NCBI GenBank assembly: GCA_934476545.1
Contig: CAKSOB010000001.1
Span: 96,986 to 160,985, forward strand
Direction: 5' to 3'
DNA length: 64,000 nucleotides
Origin: an uncultured Eubacteriales bacterium
Lineage (GTDB): Bacteria; Bacillota; Clostridia; Oscillospirales; Acutalibacteraceae
Made by a program: the position numbers and the translations under genes. The notes beneath the pieces are model-generated. The model was not told where the DNA came from, did no database searches, and worked only from the letters and a program-made list of their open reading frames with translations. Shown here piece by piece: positions 1 to 9,198 of this stretch; the first letter of the stretch is position 1, and each line of letters starts with the position of its first letter.

Positions 1-515
1 ATACCGCAAGCAATCAGAATGTACATTTCCCAGGTGCGTCCGATGCACAGCTTGAGCTGGGAAATCAAGATAACGATGGCAAAGCCGTTCACAAAACCGT
101 GCATAACGCTTTGCGGAATGAACTTTACCAACGAACCAACCCGGCAAACACCCAAGATAAACTGGATGATACCCGCCATAATAATGGTGGCAAATATGTA
201 TTCCGGATTGGAGATGCCGTACTGTTTAATCAGTCCGGCAAGAATCAGGGCAGTTGCGCCGGCACCGGCGGAAATCATTCCGGGACGTCCGCCGATAAAT
301 GCCAGAAGCACCGTCAGACAGATGCAGGTGAACAATCCCATGTAAGGATGCACACCTACAACGATCATGAAGCCGATTACTTCAGGGAGCAGCGCAAAAG
401 TGGTAACGGCGCCGCCCCACAGGTCGCCGACCACGTTGCCGAACCATTGGGATAATTCCCTTTGGAAGAAGCCCTGTTTTTTCTCAGGGGCAACGGCAGT
501 TTCAGTTGTTTTCAT
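1..515 (-). CDS. SulP-family inorganic anion permease, N-terminal part; the gene continues past the left edge of the window
   Basis: Absent from the ORF track because it runs off the window. My translation of the minus strand from ATG 515-513 gives MKTTETAVAPEKKQGFFQRELSQWFGNVVGDLWGGAVTTFALLPEVIGFMIVVGVHPYMGLFTCICLTVLLAFIGGRPGMISAGAGATALILAGLIKQYG..., a typical SulP N-terminus. AAGAGG lies 9 nt upstream. Confidence 0.7.
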   Translation of the reverse strand, partial: MKTTETAVAPEKKQGFFQRELSQWFGNVVGDLWGGAVTTFALLPEVIGFMIVVGVHPYMGLFTCICLTVLLAFIGGRPGMISAGAGATALILAGLIKQYGISNPEYIFATIIMAGIIQFILGVCRVGSLVKFIPQSVMHGFVNGFAIVILISQLKLCIGRTWEMYILIACG

Positions 516-622
516 TTTGAATCGCCTCTTTAATTTTTAAAAATAGCCGAATCAATTTATTCCACGATGCACAGGAGTTGTGCAAACGGAATCCTCAAAA
601 CTTGTGGGAAAACCACATCCGT

Positions 623-651
623 ATTATACTACAAAGTTCACAATTTCGCAA
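623..651 (-). promoter_or_regulatory. Sigma-A-type promoter for the SulP gene (TTGCGA-17 nt-TATAAT on the minus strand)
   Basis: -10 is at 623-628 and -35 at 646-651, read on the minus strand, with a 17-nt spacer. It lies about 110 nt upstream of the ATG. Confidence 0.5.
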
Positions 652-779
652 TAATTTTTTTGCTAAAAGAACGTTCCCTAAATTCTCACCTCGAACTACT
701 TGTTTTTTTGGCGAACATCTTGTCCCAATTCGGTTCCTGTGCTACAATAAAAAGACAATTCATGCTAGGAGGAACTGCC

Positions 780-1073
780 ATGTTATTGACACAACAGCTT
801 GAAAACGAATACACCGTAGACGGCAAAACCTACACTGTAAAAATTACCGCTATGCCGGCGGAAAACGGATTTTACCGCACCAATTACCGCTTCCATTACG
901 GAGATGACGAACGGGAAACCAACTTTTACTGCATGACCAGTGAAAACTTTGAAGTGGTATTCCGTTATCTTGTAGAAGCGAGAGAACTGTTCGGTGACGA
1001 GTGGCGCACCCGTTTGAAGTTTGACCACCGCACCAAAGCACTCTTTTTAGATGACCACCAGCTGTTGGTATAG
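780..1073 (+). CDS. Hypothetical small soluble protein (97 aa)
   Basis: Inner ATG of ORF 567..1073, preceded by AGGAGG at 767-772. TTGTCC-17-TACAAT lies upstream and an intrinsic terminator follows. No family recognised. Confidence 0.5.
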   Translation: MLLTQQLENEYTVDGKTYTVKITAMPAENGFYRTNYRFHYGDDERETNFYCMTSENFEVVFRYLVEARELFGDEWRTRLKFDHRTKALFLDDHQLLV

Positions 1074-1081
1074 TCCAAAAC

Positions 1082-1109
1082 AAAAAGACCCCATATGGGG
1101 TCTTTTTTT
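1082..1109. terminator. Bidirectional intrinsic terminator
   Basis: GACCCC-ATAT-GGGGTC hairpin flanked by an A-run and a T-run, placed between convergent genes. Confidence 0.7.
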
Positions 1110-2781
1110 ATTGTGCCGGAAAGAGAATGGTAATGGTAGTTCCCTTGCCCTCTGCGCTGTTTAAGGTTACTTCTGCATCATGGTATGCTGCGCCGTGCTT
1201 TACGATGGAAAGCCCCAGCCCGGTACCACCAATGCTCCGGGAATGGCTCTTGTCTACCCGATAGAACCGCTCAAACACACGATTTTGTTGGGCTTCCGGA
1301 ATGCCGATGCCCGTATCTTTTACCGATAAGAACGGATGTCCGGCACGTTTCCCGGTGGTGATTTCCACACTGCCGCCCTCACGGTTGTACTTCACTGCAT
1401 TGTCGCACAAGTTAAAGACCATCTCGCTGAGGATTTGCCGCACACCAAAAACGGTAGCCTCACCGCCCTCCACCGTGATAGCGATATGCCGCTTCTCTGC
1501 GGTGCTTTGCAGACAGTCTGCCGCCAACTCTGCCAACTCGTGAAGGTCGGTTTGCTCTCTGGGGAACTCTCCGGTGTTCTCATCCAGTCGAGAAACCTTG
1601 ATAATATCCTCCACCAATGTAATCAACCGCTGCGCCTCTTGATAGATATTTCCCGCAAAGGCAGGAACATCTTCCGGCTGCACCATGCCGTTTTTCATCA
1701 ACTCCGCGTAACCGGAAACCACATTGAGTGGTGTTTTTAACTCATGAGATACATTTGCAGAAAACTCTCTCCGCAGTTGATCCCGCTGCTGCTGCTCTGT
1801 CACATCCAGTAACAAAATGACAGCACCGGTTACGTTTCCGTTATCGGTCACCGGATTGGCAAGCAGTTGATACTGGCGACCGTCAATCTCCAGAATCCGG
1901 TCATCCCGCTCTCCGGCTAAAGCTGTGGCAACCGCTTGTTGGAACGCTTCTGTTCGGTTAAAGACCAAGAAGCTCTGGCTTTCTCCGTTAATATCCGCCA
2001 CATTTAAAATCCGAACAGCACTCTGGTTATAGGAAAGAATCTTCCCCTCCGTATCTACCAAAACCATGCCCTCGCTCATGTTTCCGGTGATGGCTTCAAA
2101 ATCTGCTTGCTTTCCTCGAATATCCTCCATCTGCTTTTGAATCAACCGATTTTGTTTTTCAATTCGAGTGAGCAGCGGGGATAATTCATCGTACACCTTA
2201 TTCTCTGTGGGCAATTCCAAATTCAATTCATTGATTGGTTTCACAATTCGCTTTGTTTGGAAATGTGCCAACAACAGAGAGATTCCAAACACAATCCCCA
2301 CAATGGCAAGCATGGTCGGAATTACCGATACCCACACTAGGAACACGCTATTCATAGTACTGGACACTCGCAAAACATTGCCGTCTTCCAGTTTTACTGC
2401 ATAATAATAGGTTTGCGCCGAAAAGGTTTTTGACATTCGGCTGTCCTCACCGGTTCCATTTGCCAGCGCTGCCTGCACCTCCGGACGGTCTTTGTGATTC
2501 TCCATGGCTTCATCGGTGCTGCTTTCATACAGCACTTCTCCGGAGGGTGCAATCAATGTGATTCGACTGCGGTTTTCTTTCAAAACATTTTGATCCAAAC
2601 GGGAAAAATAATTCTCTCCCGATGTTTCCATTCCGGCTTGCAGATATTCCGACTCTAATCGCACCTCTGTTTTCATAGCGTTGTAGGAGTCGTTATACAG
2701 GAGAATCGCAATCAATGTAGCCGTCAGCAACACCACCATTGCCGACAACAAACACATGCTGCGAAAAATTCGCTTTTTCAT
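1108..2781 (-). CDS. phoR: Phosphate-regulon sensor histidine kinase (PhoR-like; TM-PAS-HisKA-HATPase)
   Basis: H-box FSANVSHELKTPL and G-box GTGLGLSIV, with two N-terminal TM segments. It is the last gene of the pst-phoU-phoP operon. Confidence 0.85.
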   Translation of the reverse strand: MKKRIFRSMCLLSAMVVLLTATLIAILLYNDSYNAMKTEVRLESEYLQAGMETSGENYFSRLDQNVLKENRSRITLIAPSGEVLYESSTDEAMENHKDRPEVQAALANGTGEDSRMSKTFSAQTYYYAVKLEDGNVLRVSSTMNSVFLVWVSVIPTMLAIVGIVFGISLLLAHFQTKRIVKPINELNLELPTENKVYDELSPLLTRIEKQNRLIQKQMEDIRGKQADFEAITGNMSEGMVLVDTEGKILSYNQSAVRILNVADINGESQSFLVFNRTEAFQQAVATALAGERDDRILEIDGRQYQLLANPVTDNGNVTGAVILLLDVTEQQQRDQLRREFSANVSHELKTPLNVVSGYAELMKNGMVQPEDVPAFAGNIYQEAQRLITLVEDIIKVSRLDENTGEFPREQTDLHELAELAADCLQSTAEKRHIAITVEGGEATVFGVRQILSEMVFNLCDNAVKYNREGGSVEITTGKRAGHPFLSVKDTGIGIPEAQQNRVFERFYRVDKSHSRSIGGTGLGLSIVKHGAAYHDAEVTLNSAEGKGTTITILFPAQ

Positions 2782-2808
2782 GCAATTCCCCCTTTCTTTT
2801 CCCGCCGA

Positions 2809-3495
2809 TTAACCGGAATGCTTTTCATTCAGCGGTGGAATTTTATATCCCACCCCTCGAATGGTTTCGATGTAGCTGCCGCATTCTCCCAGTTTTTGCC
2901 GCAGGGTACGAATGTGAACGTCTACTGTGCGGGTTTCACCGTCAAATTCATATCCCCATACACGGTTCAGAATGGCATCTCTGGTAAGCACACAGCCTTC
3001 ATTTTCCATCAAGCAGCACAGCAAATCAAATTCCTTTAATGTTAAAGAAACCGGTACGCCACCTGCCTGCACTGTATGGTTGGTAGCATTCACATACAAA
3101 TCTCCATGACGATATTCCACCGTCTTGACCGGCTGTACTCGACGCAGCACCGCCTTAATGCGGGATACCAATTCCATCATACCGAAAGGCTTTGGAATAT
3201 AGTCGTCTGCACCACCGTCCAAGCCCACCACCTTGTCATATTCGCTGCCCTTGGCGGTCAGCATAATCACAGGGATCCGGCAGGTTTGCGGCGATGCCTT
3301 TAATTTTTTCAAAATGGTAAGTCCGTCCTCGCCCGGCAGCATAATATCCAACAGAATCAAATTGGGCAGTGATTGCTCTAAGGCGCACCACAACGCTTCT
3401 CCTCGTTCAAAGCCCACCGCCTCAAAGCCGGTGGCTTTTAAAGTATATAATACCAATTCCCGGTTGCTCTTGTCGTCCTCTACCAAATAGATCAT
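2809..3495 (-). CDS. phoP: OmpR-family response regulator (PhoP/PhoB-like)
   Basis: Receiver domain MIYLVEDD...LLDIMLPGEDG and winged helix TVDVHIRTLRQKL. The inner ATG at 3495 overlaps the phoU stop (ATGA-type coupling). Confidence 0.85.
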   Translation of the reverse strand: MIYLVEDDKSNRELVLYTLKATGFEAVGFERGEALWCALEQSLPNLILLDIMLPGEDGLTILKKLKASPQTCRIPVIMLTAKGSEYDKVVGLDGGADDYIPKPFGMMELVSRIKAVLRRVQPVKTVEYRHGDLYVNATNHTVQAGGVPVSLTLKEFDLLCCLMENEGCVLTRDAILNRVWGYEFDGETRTVDVHIRTLRQKLGECGSYIETIRGVGYKIPPLNEKHSG

Positions 3496-4139
3496 AATTT
3501 GTCCCCTTTGTACAGACCGGTGAGAGAATATTCCACCCACTCGGCAATATTGGTTGCATGATCTCCGATGCGCTCCAAATACTTGGCAATCATCAAAAGA
3601 TCAATGTATGCTTTCCCTTGTGCCAAATCTCGCTGAATCAGCTCTGCCAATTCTTCCTGAAACGACACAAAATAATTATCCACAATATCGTCATCCCGCA
3701 TAACCTTACGGGCTAACTCCAAATCATTCTTTACAAAGGCATCAATGCTTTCCGTTACCATGGTGATAGCAGCCTGCCCCATAGCGGGAATACAGGTTTG
3801 GGGCAGAGAAGCACCTGTCATATGATGGGCAATGTCGGCAATGTCCGAGGCTTGGTCGCCGATGCGCTCCATGTCGGACACCATCTTCAGCGCCGCAGAG
3901 GTCATCCGCAGATCACCCGCTACCGGCTGTTGGGTCAAGAGCAGATGCAAGCTCATCCGCTCTACCTCCCGCTCTTTTTTATCAATCTCTCGATCCACCG
4001 TAAACACATTGTCAATCAGGCTGCCGTCTTGATCCAACAGCCCTTTAAGCGCCATGGAAATGGCGGTTTCGCACAGATTGCCCATTTTAATCAATTCATC
4101 ATGGAGTGCTTCCAACTCCCGTTGAAACGTATTTCGCAT
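3492..4139 (-). CDS. phoU: Phosphate signalling complex protein PhoU
   Basis: Duplicated PhoU repeat (DxERIGD motif seen twice: DMERIGDQASD and YLERIGDHATN). Start is at MRNTFQRELE with GGGGAGG upstream. Confidence 0.9.
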   Translation of the reverse strand: MRNTFQRELEALHDELIKMGNLCETAISMALKGLLDQDGSLIDNVFTVDREIDKKEREVERMSLHLLLTQQPVAGDLRMTSAALKMVSDMERIGDQASDIADIAHHMTGASLPQTCIPAMGQAAITMVTESIDAFVKNDLELARKVMRDDDIVDNYFVSFQEELAELIQRDLAQGKAYIDLLMIAKYLERIGDHATNIAEWVEYSLTGLYKGDKL

Positions 4140-4140
4140 C

Positions 4141-4890
4141 TTAACCAAACCTCCCCGTAATGTAATCTTCGCACCGACGATCCTTTGGTGTAGAGAACAG
4201 TGTTTCGGTATCGTTGTACTCCACAACCTCTCCCATCAGGAAGAAAGCGGTTTTATCGGCAATTCGGGTGGCTTGCTGCATATTGTGGGTTACCATAACG
4301 ATAGTATACTCGTTTTTCAACTGCACTGCAAGGTCTTCAATTTTTGCCGTAGAAATTGGGTCCAAGGCAGAAGTAGGCTCGTCCATAAGCAGCACTTCCG
4401 GCTCAACCGCCAACGCTCTGGCAATGCAAAGCCGCTGCTGCTGTCCGCCGGAAAGCCCCAACGCGCTCTTTTTCAAGCGATCCTTGAGTTCATCCCAAAT
4501 AGCTGCATTCCGCAGAGATTTTTCCACAATCTCATCCAGCTTGGCTTTTTGCCGAATTCCGTGGGTTCTCGGCCCAAAGGCAATGTTATCATAAATGCTC
4601 ATTGGAAAGGGGTTCGGCTTTTGGAATACCATGCCTACCCGTTTCCGCAGGATATTCAAATCAATGCCGCCGTAAATATCCTTGTCATCCAACAGCACCT
4701 TGCCGGTAATTTTACACCCCTCTACTAAATCATTCATGCGATTGAGGGATTTCAACAGAGTGGATTTACCGCAGCCGGAGGGCCCGATAAACGCCGTTAC
4801 TTGGTTGCTTTCCAACTGCAGGTTGATATTTTTTAAGGCATGAAATTTGCCGTAATATAAATCTAAATTTTCAATGGTGAATTTATTCAT
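4141..4890 (-). CDS. pstB: Phosphate ABC transporter ATP-binding protein PstB
   Basis: Walker [10 protein letters not shown], signature LSGGQQQRL, Walker [12 protein letters not shown]. Confidence 0.95.
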   Translation of the reverse strand: MNKFTIENLDLYYGKFHALKNINLQLESNQVTAFIGPSGCGKSTLLKSLNRMNDLVEGCKITGKVLLDDKDIYGGIDLNILRKRVGMVFQKPNPFPMSIYDNIAFGPRTHGIRQKAKLDEIVEKSLRNAAIWDELKDRLKKSALGLSGGQQQRLCIARALAVEPEVLLMDEPTSALDPISTAKIEDLAVQLKNEYTIVMVTHNMQQATRIADKTAFFLMGEVVEYNDTETLFSTPKDRRCEDYITGRFG

Positions 4891-4896
4891 CAGGAC

Positions 4897-5820
4897 TCAT
4901 CCTTTCGCTAACTTTTTTGCCACAAATCCGGACAACCCATTCATGCCAACTACAATGACCAACAGTACCAACGCTGTGGCATAGGATTTTCCGATGGCAA
5001 GCCCTTCACTGGACAGGGACCACATATGTACCGCTAATGTTCGAGTAGAATCCATAAGAGAACCCGCTACTTCCGGTACAGTACCGGCGGTGTAAATCAG
5101 CGCTGCGGATTCACCGACAATACGACCGATTGCTAAAATAACGCCGGACAAAATACCGGGGATGGCTGCCGGAAGAATAATGCTGAACACGGTACGCAGC
5201 CGTCCTGCGCCCAAACCGAAGCTGCCTTCTCGATAAGAATCCGGCACCGCACGGAGCGCTTCTTCGGTGGAACGAATAATCAGCGGCAAAATCATAATTG
5301 CCAGTGTGAGTGAACCGGATAACAAAGAGTATCCCCAATGGAATGTGGTTACAAAGCAAAGATAACCGAACAGGCCGTATACAATGGATGGAATCCCGGA
5401 AAGGGTTTCGGTAGTCAAGCGGATAATGTTCACCAGCTTATTGCCACGTCCGGTGTATTCTACTAAATAGATGGCTGCAAAAATTCCAATCGGCACTGCC
5501 AGAATCAAAGAGCAAGCCGTTACAATCAAGGTGTTAATCAAAGCCGGCATGAGGGAGCCGTTGGCTTTGGTGTAGGTCCAAGAGAATAAATCCAAGCTGA
5601 GGTTTGGTACACCCATCACTACAATGTAGCCAATGAGAAATGCCACAAAGGATGCGGTCACTAAAATTGCCAACAAGGTGAGAATCAATAAAACCATGGA
5701 AACAGGGTGATGACGATAGGTTGCCAACCGCTGCTTTAAGGTAACACGGTTAATCCCTGCTTTGGGCGGTAAATCTTCCGTAGGCGGCACGCAGCCGTTT
5801 GTTTTTTCTATGGTTGCCAT
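4897..5820 (-). CDS. pstA: Phosphate ABC transporter permease PstA
   Basis: Multi-pass permease with an EAA-type loop, located between pstC and pstB. Confidence 0.9.
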   Translation of the reverse strand: MATIEKTNGCVPPTEDLPPKAGINRVTLKQRLATYRHHPVSMVLLILTLLAILVTASFVAFLIGYIVVMGVPNLSLDLFSWTYTKANGSLMPALINTLIVTACSLILAVPIGIFAAIYLVEYTGRGNKLVNIIRLTTETLSGIPSIVYGLFGYLCFVTTFHWGYSLLSGSLTLAIMILPLIIRSTEEALRAVPDSYREGSFGLGAGRLRTVFSIILPAAIPGILSGVILAIGRIVGESAALIYTAGTVPEVAGSLMDSTRTLAVHMWSLSSEGLAIGKSYATALVLLVIVVGMNGLSGFVAKKLAKG

Positions 5821-6672
5821 TTAATTCGCCCTCCTTCTTTTTAACAGAGAGAATGAAAGGTTGATAATCAAAATAAAGACAAACAATACCACACCGGTCG
5901 CAATCAGTGCTTCTCGGTGCAAGCCGGAAGCGTAGCCCATCTCCGTTACAATGTTGGAGGTCATGGTACGCACACCGGAGAGAATGCTATCCGGCATTGC
6001 CACAGAGTTACCGGCAACCATGATCACTGCCATGGTTTCGCCGATGGCTCTGCCGATGCCCAGTACAACACCTGCCAAAATACCGGATTTTGCAGCAGGC
6101 AGGGTAGCGCAGAATACGCTGCGCTCGTGGGTAGCGCCCAATGCCAATGCGCCTTCATAGTAGCTGTTGGGAACGGCACGAATTGCAGATTCCGACAAGT
6201 TAATGATGGTTGGCAGAATCATCATGCCCAAGAGAATGGATGCGGTAAGGATATTGCTGCCTGTTCCGCCAAAAATACCACGGATTGCCGGAACGATGAT
6301 TACCATGCCGAAAAAGCCGTAAACAATGGAAGGGATACCTGCCATCAGGTTGATTGCCGGTTTTAATACCCGATACAGGGAGCGTGGACAGAACCGCGCC
6401 ATAAAGACTGCTGCCAGCACACCAATCGGTACGCCGATGATAATTGCACCGGCTGTTACATACAAGCTGCCTAAGATAAACGGTAGGATGCCGTACAAGC
6501 CGTTAGATGGCCGCCAAGTGGAGCCGAGAAGGAAATCGAAAATTCCGATTTTCCCGATTGCAGGAATGCCGTTGACAAATAAGAACAAGCAAATCAAAAT
6601 GACAGCGGCAATGGAAGCGCAGGCAGCAATAATAAATACCACCTTCATTCCGGTTTCTTTCAGTTGTTTCAT
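5821..6672 (-). CDS. pstC: Phosphate ABC transporter permease PstC
   Basis: Multi-pass permease. The inner ATG (MKQLKETG) has AGAGGTG upstream. Position is between pstS and pstA. Confidence 0.9.
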   Translation of the reverse strand: MKQLKETGMKVVFIIAACASIAAVILICLFLFVNGIPAIGKIGIFDFLLGSTWRPSNGLYGILPFILGSLYVTAGAIIIGVPIGVLAAVFMARFCPRSLYRVLKPAINLMAGIPSIVYGFFGMVIIVPAIRGIFGGTGSNILTASILLGMMILPTIINLSESAIRAVPNSYYEGALALGATHERSVFCATLPAAKSGILAGVVLGIGRAIGETMAVIMVAGNSVAMPDSILSGVRTMTSNIVTEMGYASGLHREALIATGVVLFVFILIINLSFSLLKRRRAN

Positions 6673-6825
6673 AATGTAGTCACCTCTTACAGTGTTGTGG
6701 GGGATTTTGCAAGCCGAACATAGGATCAAACAGAGGTCGTTCGTTTAGGATGGAATGGGGGATTGGGGATAGGGGAAACCGAACGAACTCTGGTTGCCCC
6801 TATGCTGTTGCACGGGGCAGGGGAA

Positions 6826-7719
6826 TTAGCCGTTCAGTTGACTCCAGTCTGTGGTTTCGCCTACATAGACGGATTTTACTTGATCCTTTGTCATGGTTTC
6901 GATTGGGTTGCTGTCGTTTACAATCACAGCAATCCCGTCAATCGCAATCACAGTGGCGGTCAAGCCTGCGGATTTCTCCTCATCCTTCAGTTCTCTGGAA
7001 GCCATACCGATATCGCAGATGCCTTCTTTTGCGGAGTTTACACCGGTGGTGGAATCACTGGTTTGAATCTCGATTTCTGCATTGGTGTTGACTGCCAGAT
7101 ATGCTTCCTTCAAGGCTTCCATTACCGGAGAAACGGAGGAAGAGCCTGCGATTACCAGCTTGCCGGTTGGCGCCTTTGTCTTAAATGCTTTTGCATTATC
7201 TACGGATGCAGTGTACTTGTTGTCCTCTACAATCTTTTGTCCGTCTGCGCTCAGGATAAAGTCAATGAAATCCTGTGCTACTTCGCTGACAGAATCCTTT
7301 GTTACAATGTTAAATGGACGGGATACTGCGTATGTACCGTTCTTTACATTGTCTGCTGTGGCATCTACATTATCAATTTTCACTGCCTTTACGCTGTCGT
7401 CCAGAGAACCGAGAGATAGGTAACCGATGGCGTTCGGGTCATTTGCCACGTTGGTCATCATAACGGCAGTGCTATTGGTTACGGAAGCGTCCGCCTTGGT
7501 GCGGTCGATTTTTTCACCGTTTGCATCCTTCTCCTCTACGCCGAACAGCTCTACGAATGCAGAGCGGGTACCGGAGCCGTCTTCTCTGGAAATAACATTG
7601 ATGGTGCCGGTGCCGCCCTCTGTGGAATCGGAAGTTCCGCCGCAGCCTACCAACACGCCCATGCTCAACATAGCTGCCAGCGCAAGTGCGCCAATGGATT
7701 TCAAACTTGGTTTTCTCAT
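6826..7719 (-). CDS. pstS: Phosphate-binding lipoprotein PstS
   Basis: Lipoprotein signal MRKPSLKSIGALALAAMLSMGVLVGCGG. SGTR, GSS and ASR motifs of PBP-type phosphate binders are present. Confidence 0.9.
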   Translation of the reverse strand: MRKPSLKSIGALALAAMLSMGVLVGCGGTSDSTEGGTGTINVISREDGSGTRSAFVELFGVEEKDANGEKIDRTKADASVTNSTAVMMTNVANDPNAIGYLSLGSLDDSVKAVKIDNVDATADNVKNGTYAVSRPFNIVTKDSVSEVAQDFIDFILSADGQKIVEDNKYTASVDNAKAFKTKAPTGKLVIAGSSSVSPVMEALKEAYLAVNTNAEIEIQTSDSTTGVNSAKEGICDIGMASRELKDEEKSAGLTATVIAIDGIAVIVNDSNPIETMTKDQVKSVYVGETTDWSQLNG

Positions 7720-7768
7720 AAATACAATCTCCTTTTTTCGATGGTTGTTTGGTTCGGTTTGACTTTAT

Positions 7769-7821
7769 TGTAAAATTGCAATGTAAAATACAAAATCGTT
7801 TCTTTGTAAAGGGAATGTAAA
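7769..7821 (-). promoter_or_regulatory. Four direct TTTACA repeats (Pho-box-like) upstream of pstS
   Basis: TGTAAA on the plus strand at 7769, 7782, 7805 and 7816. On the pstS strand these read TTTACA-5 nt-TTTACA, a 17-nt gap, then TTTACA-7 nt-TTTACA. Confidence 0.55.
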
Positions 7822-7910
7822 ATCTTCCAGCCGGTTGTTATTTCCTCCAAAATATGGTAAGATACCTTTCGCATCTTACTTATTTTTCTTTTTAGAAAGG
7901 AGCGACTGTT

Positions 7911-8627
7911 ATGGGGGATCTTGTCGCATCCCGTACACTCAATGAGTTGTATATTTATTTAGACATTGCATTTTTGGTGATTCTGGGCGCCTTCTTATGG
8001 ATTACCAAACGGCGGGTGGCCTTTTGGTTTGGCATTGCCGGCGGACTGCTGTACTTTGCCGTGGACTACGGTATTTTCTATCTGGCACTGCACACCCGCA
8101 CCGTTACCGGTGCAAATACCGAGCTGTTTCTTTTATGGCTCAGTATGAGCTATGGTTTTACCAACTTCGTGTGGATTTGGCTGATGCTCAATCGAGACAA
8201 GCACCGGGTAGAATGGTCGGTACTGATTGCCTCCGGTTGGATTTGTTCTGCGATGATGAGCAATAGCTTTGGCGGAAATTTCGGAGAAATTCAAATTGCA
8301 AGAGGAACCAATTCTTACCACGGCATTATGGCGCTGTGGCTGTTTGTAGGCTTCGCTTTGCTGTTTATCTACAACCTGCGGGTAAAAGAGAAAAGCAAGC
8401 GAGCACCGATTCTTTATTTGGTAGTCATCGGCGTTTCCGTACAGTTTGCATGGGAATTTATCCTGCTGATTACCGGAATCCGTGCTGTGGGCATTATGCC
8501 GCTGATTGTCAACTCTTTGGTAGAAACCACACTGGGTATGCCGGGCATCTATTTGATTCATCGTCTTGTTACCAAGCGTTGGAACGAAGATATGTCCCGC
8601 AAACTGCCAAACCCCACAGAAGCATAA
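7911..8627 (+). CDS. Hypothetical multi-pass membrane protein
   Basis: About 6-7 hydrophobic segments. TTGTTA-17-TAAGAT promoter at 7836-7864 and a terminator hairpin at 8640-8676. No family recognised. Confidence 0.6.
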   Translation: MGDLVASRTLNELYIYLDIAFLVILGAFLWITKRRVAFWFGIAGGLLYFAVDYGIFYLALHTRTVTGANTELFLLWLSMSYGFTNFVWIWLMLNRDKHRVEWSVLIASGWICSAMMSNSFGGNFGEIQIARGTNSYHGIMALWLFVGFALLFIYNLRVKEKSKRAPILYLVVIGVSVQFAWEFILLITGIRAVGIMPLIVNSLVETTLGMPGIYLIHRLVTKRWNEDMSRKLPNPTEA

Positions 8628-8639
8628 AAGACAAAAAAT

Positions 8640-8676
8640 GTACCCGATACAGATTTGCTGCGGCGGGTACATTTTT
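8640..8676 (+). terminator. Intrinsic terminator
   Basis: GTACCCG...CGGGTAC stem followed by ATTTTT. Confidence 0.55.
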
Positions 8677-8689
8677 CATCCTAAATTAC

Positions 8690-8718
8690 AAAAAGGACGG
8701 AAATCCCGTCCTTTTTTC
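8690..8718. terminator. Bidirectional hairpin terminator
   Basis: GGACGG-AAAT-CCCGTCC flanked by A5 and T6. Confidence 0.6.
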
Positions 8719-9112
8719 AATACTTCCTGTAATGCTGATCGCTGAGAATCCGCTCTTTGTAGCCTTCATTTCCCGGGGAAGATTCTCCCAGTCTTCCACT
8801 GCCGGAATCACCGCCGGGCGGTCGCCGTTTGCTTTTCACAACTATTACCGCAACCACACCGACCACCACCAAAAACCCTACCCATGCAAGAATCCCGATC
8901 AACACAATGCGGTTTTCCCCAGATTGCTCCGGGGAGGGATACTCTGTCTCCGAGGAGTCGGCAGCCGGTGCGGCAGGCTGCGAGGTTGTTTCTGTTGTCC
9001 CCTGCAAATCCGGCAGTTCCGGCACGGTGTCGATTGCAAAAACCGGCAAAGAAGCGGTCAGCCACAGGAAAAGCGCACAGAGCAGCGATACCGCATACCG
9101 TTTCCATGCCAT
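8717..9112 (-). CDS. Hypothetical small secreted/membrane-anchored protein
   Basis: MAWKRYAVSLLCALFLWLTASLPVFA signal peptide, an acidic S/T/P-rich segment, one TM (IVLIGILAWVGFLVVVGVVAVIVV) and a basic G/S tail. GAGGGA is upstream of ATG 9112. Confidence 0.5.
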   Translation of the reverse strand: MAWKRYAVSLLCALFLWLTASLPVFAIDTVPELPDLQGTTETTSQPAAPAADSSETEYPSPEQSGENRIVLIGILAWVGFLVVVGVVAVIVVKSKRRPPGGDSGSGRLGESSPGNEGYKERILSDQHYRKY

Positions 9113-9198
9113 GCTGTTTTCCCTCATTTCCCGATGTTCTTTCCTTATTTTATCACAAAACAAGACGGGAAACATGACAGGTTTATTACAATTTTTGG

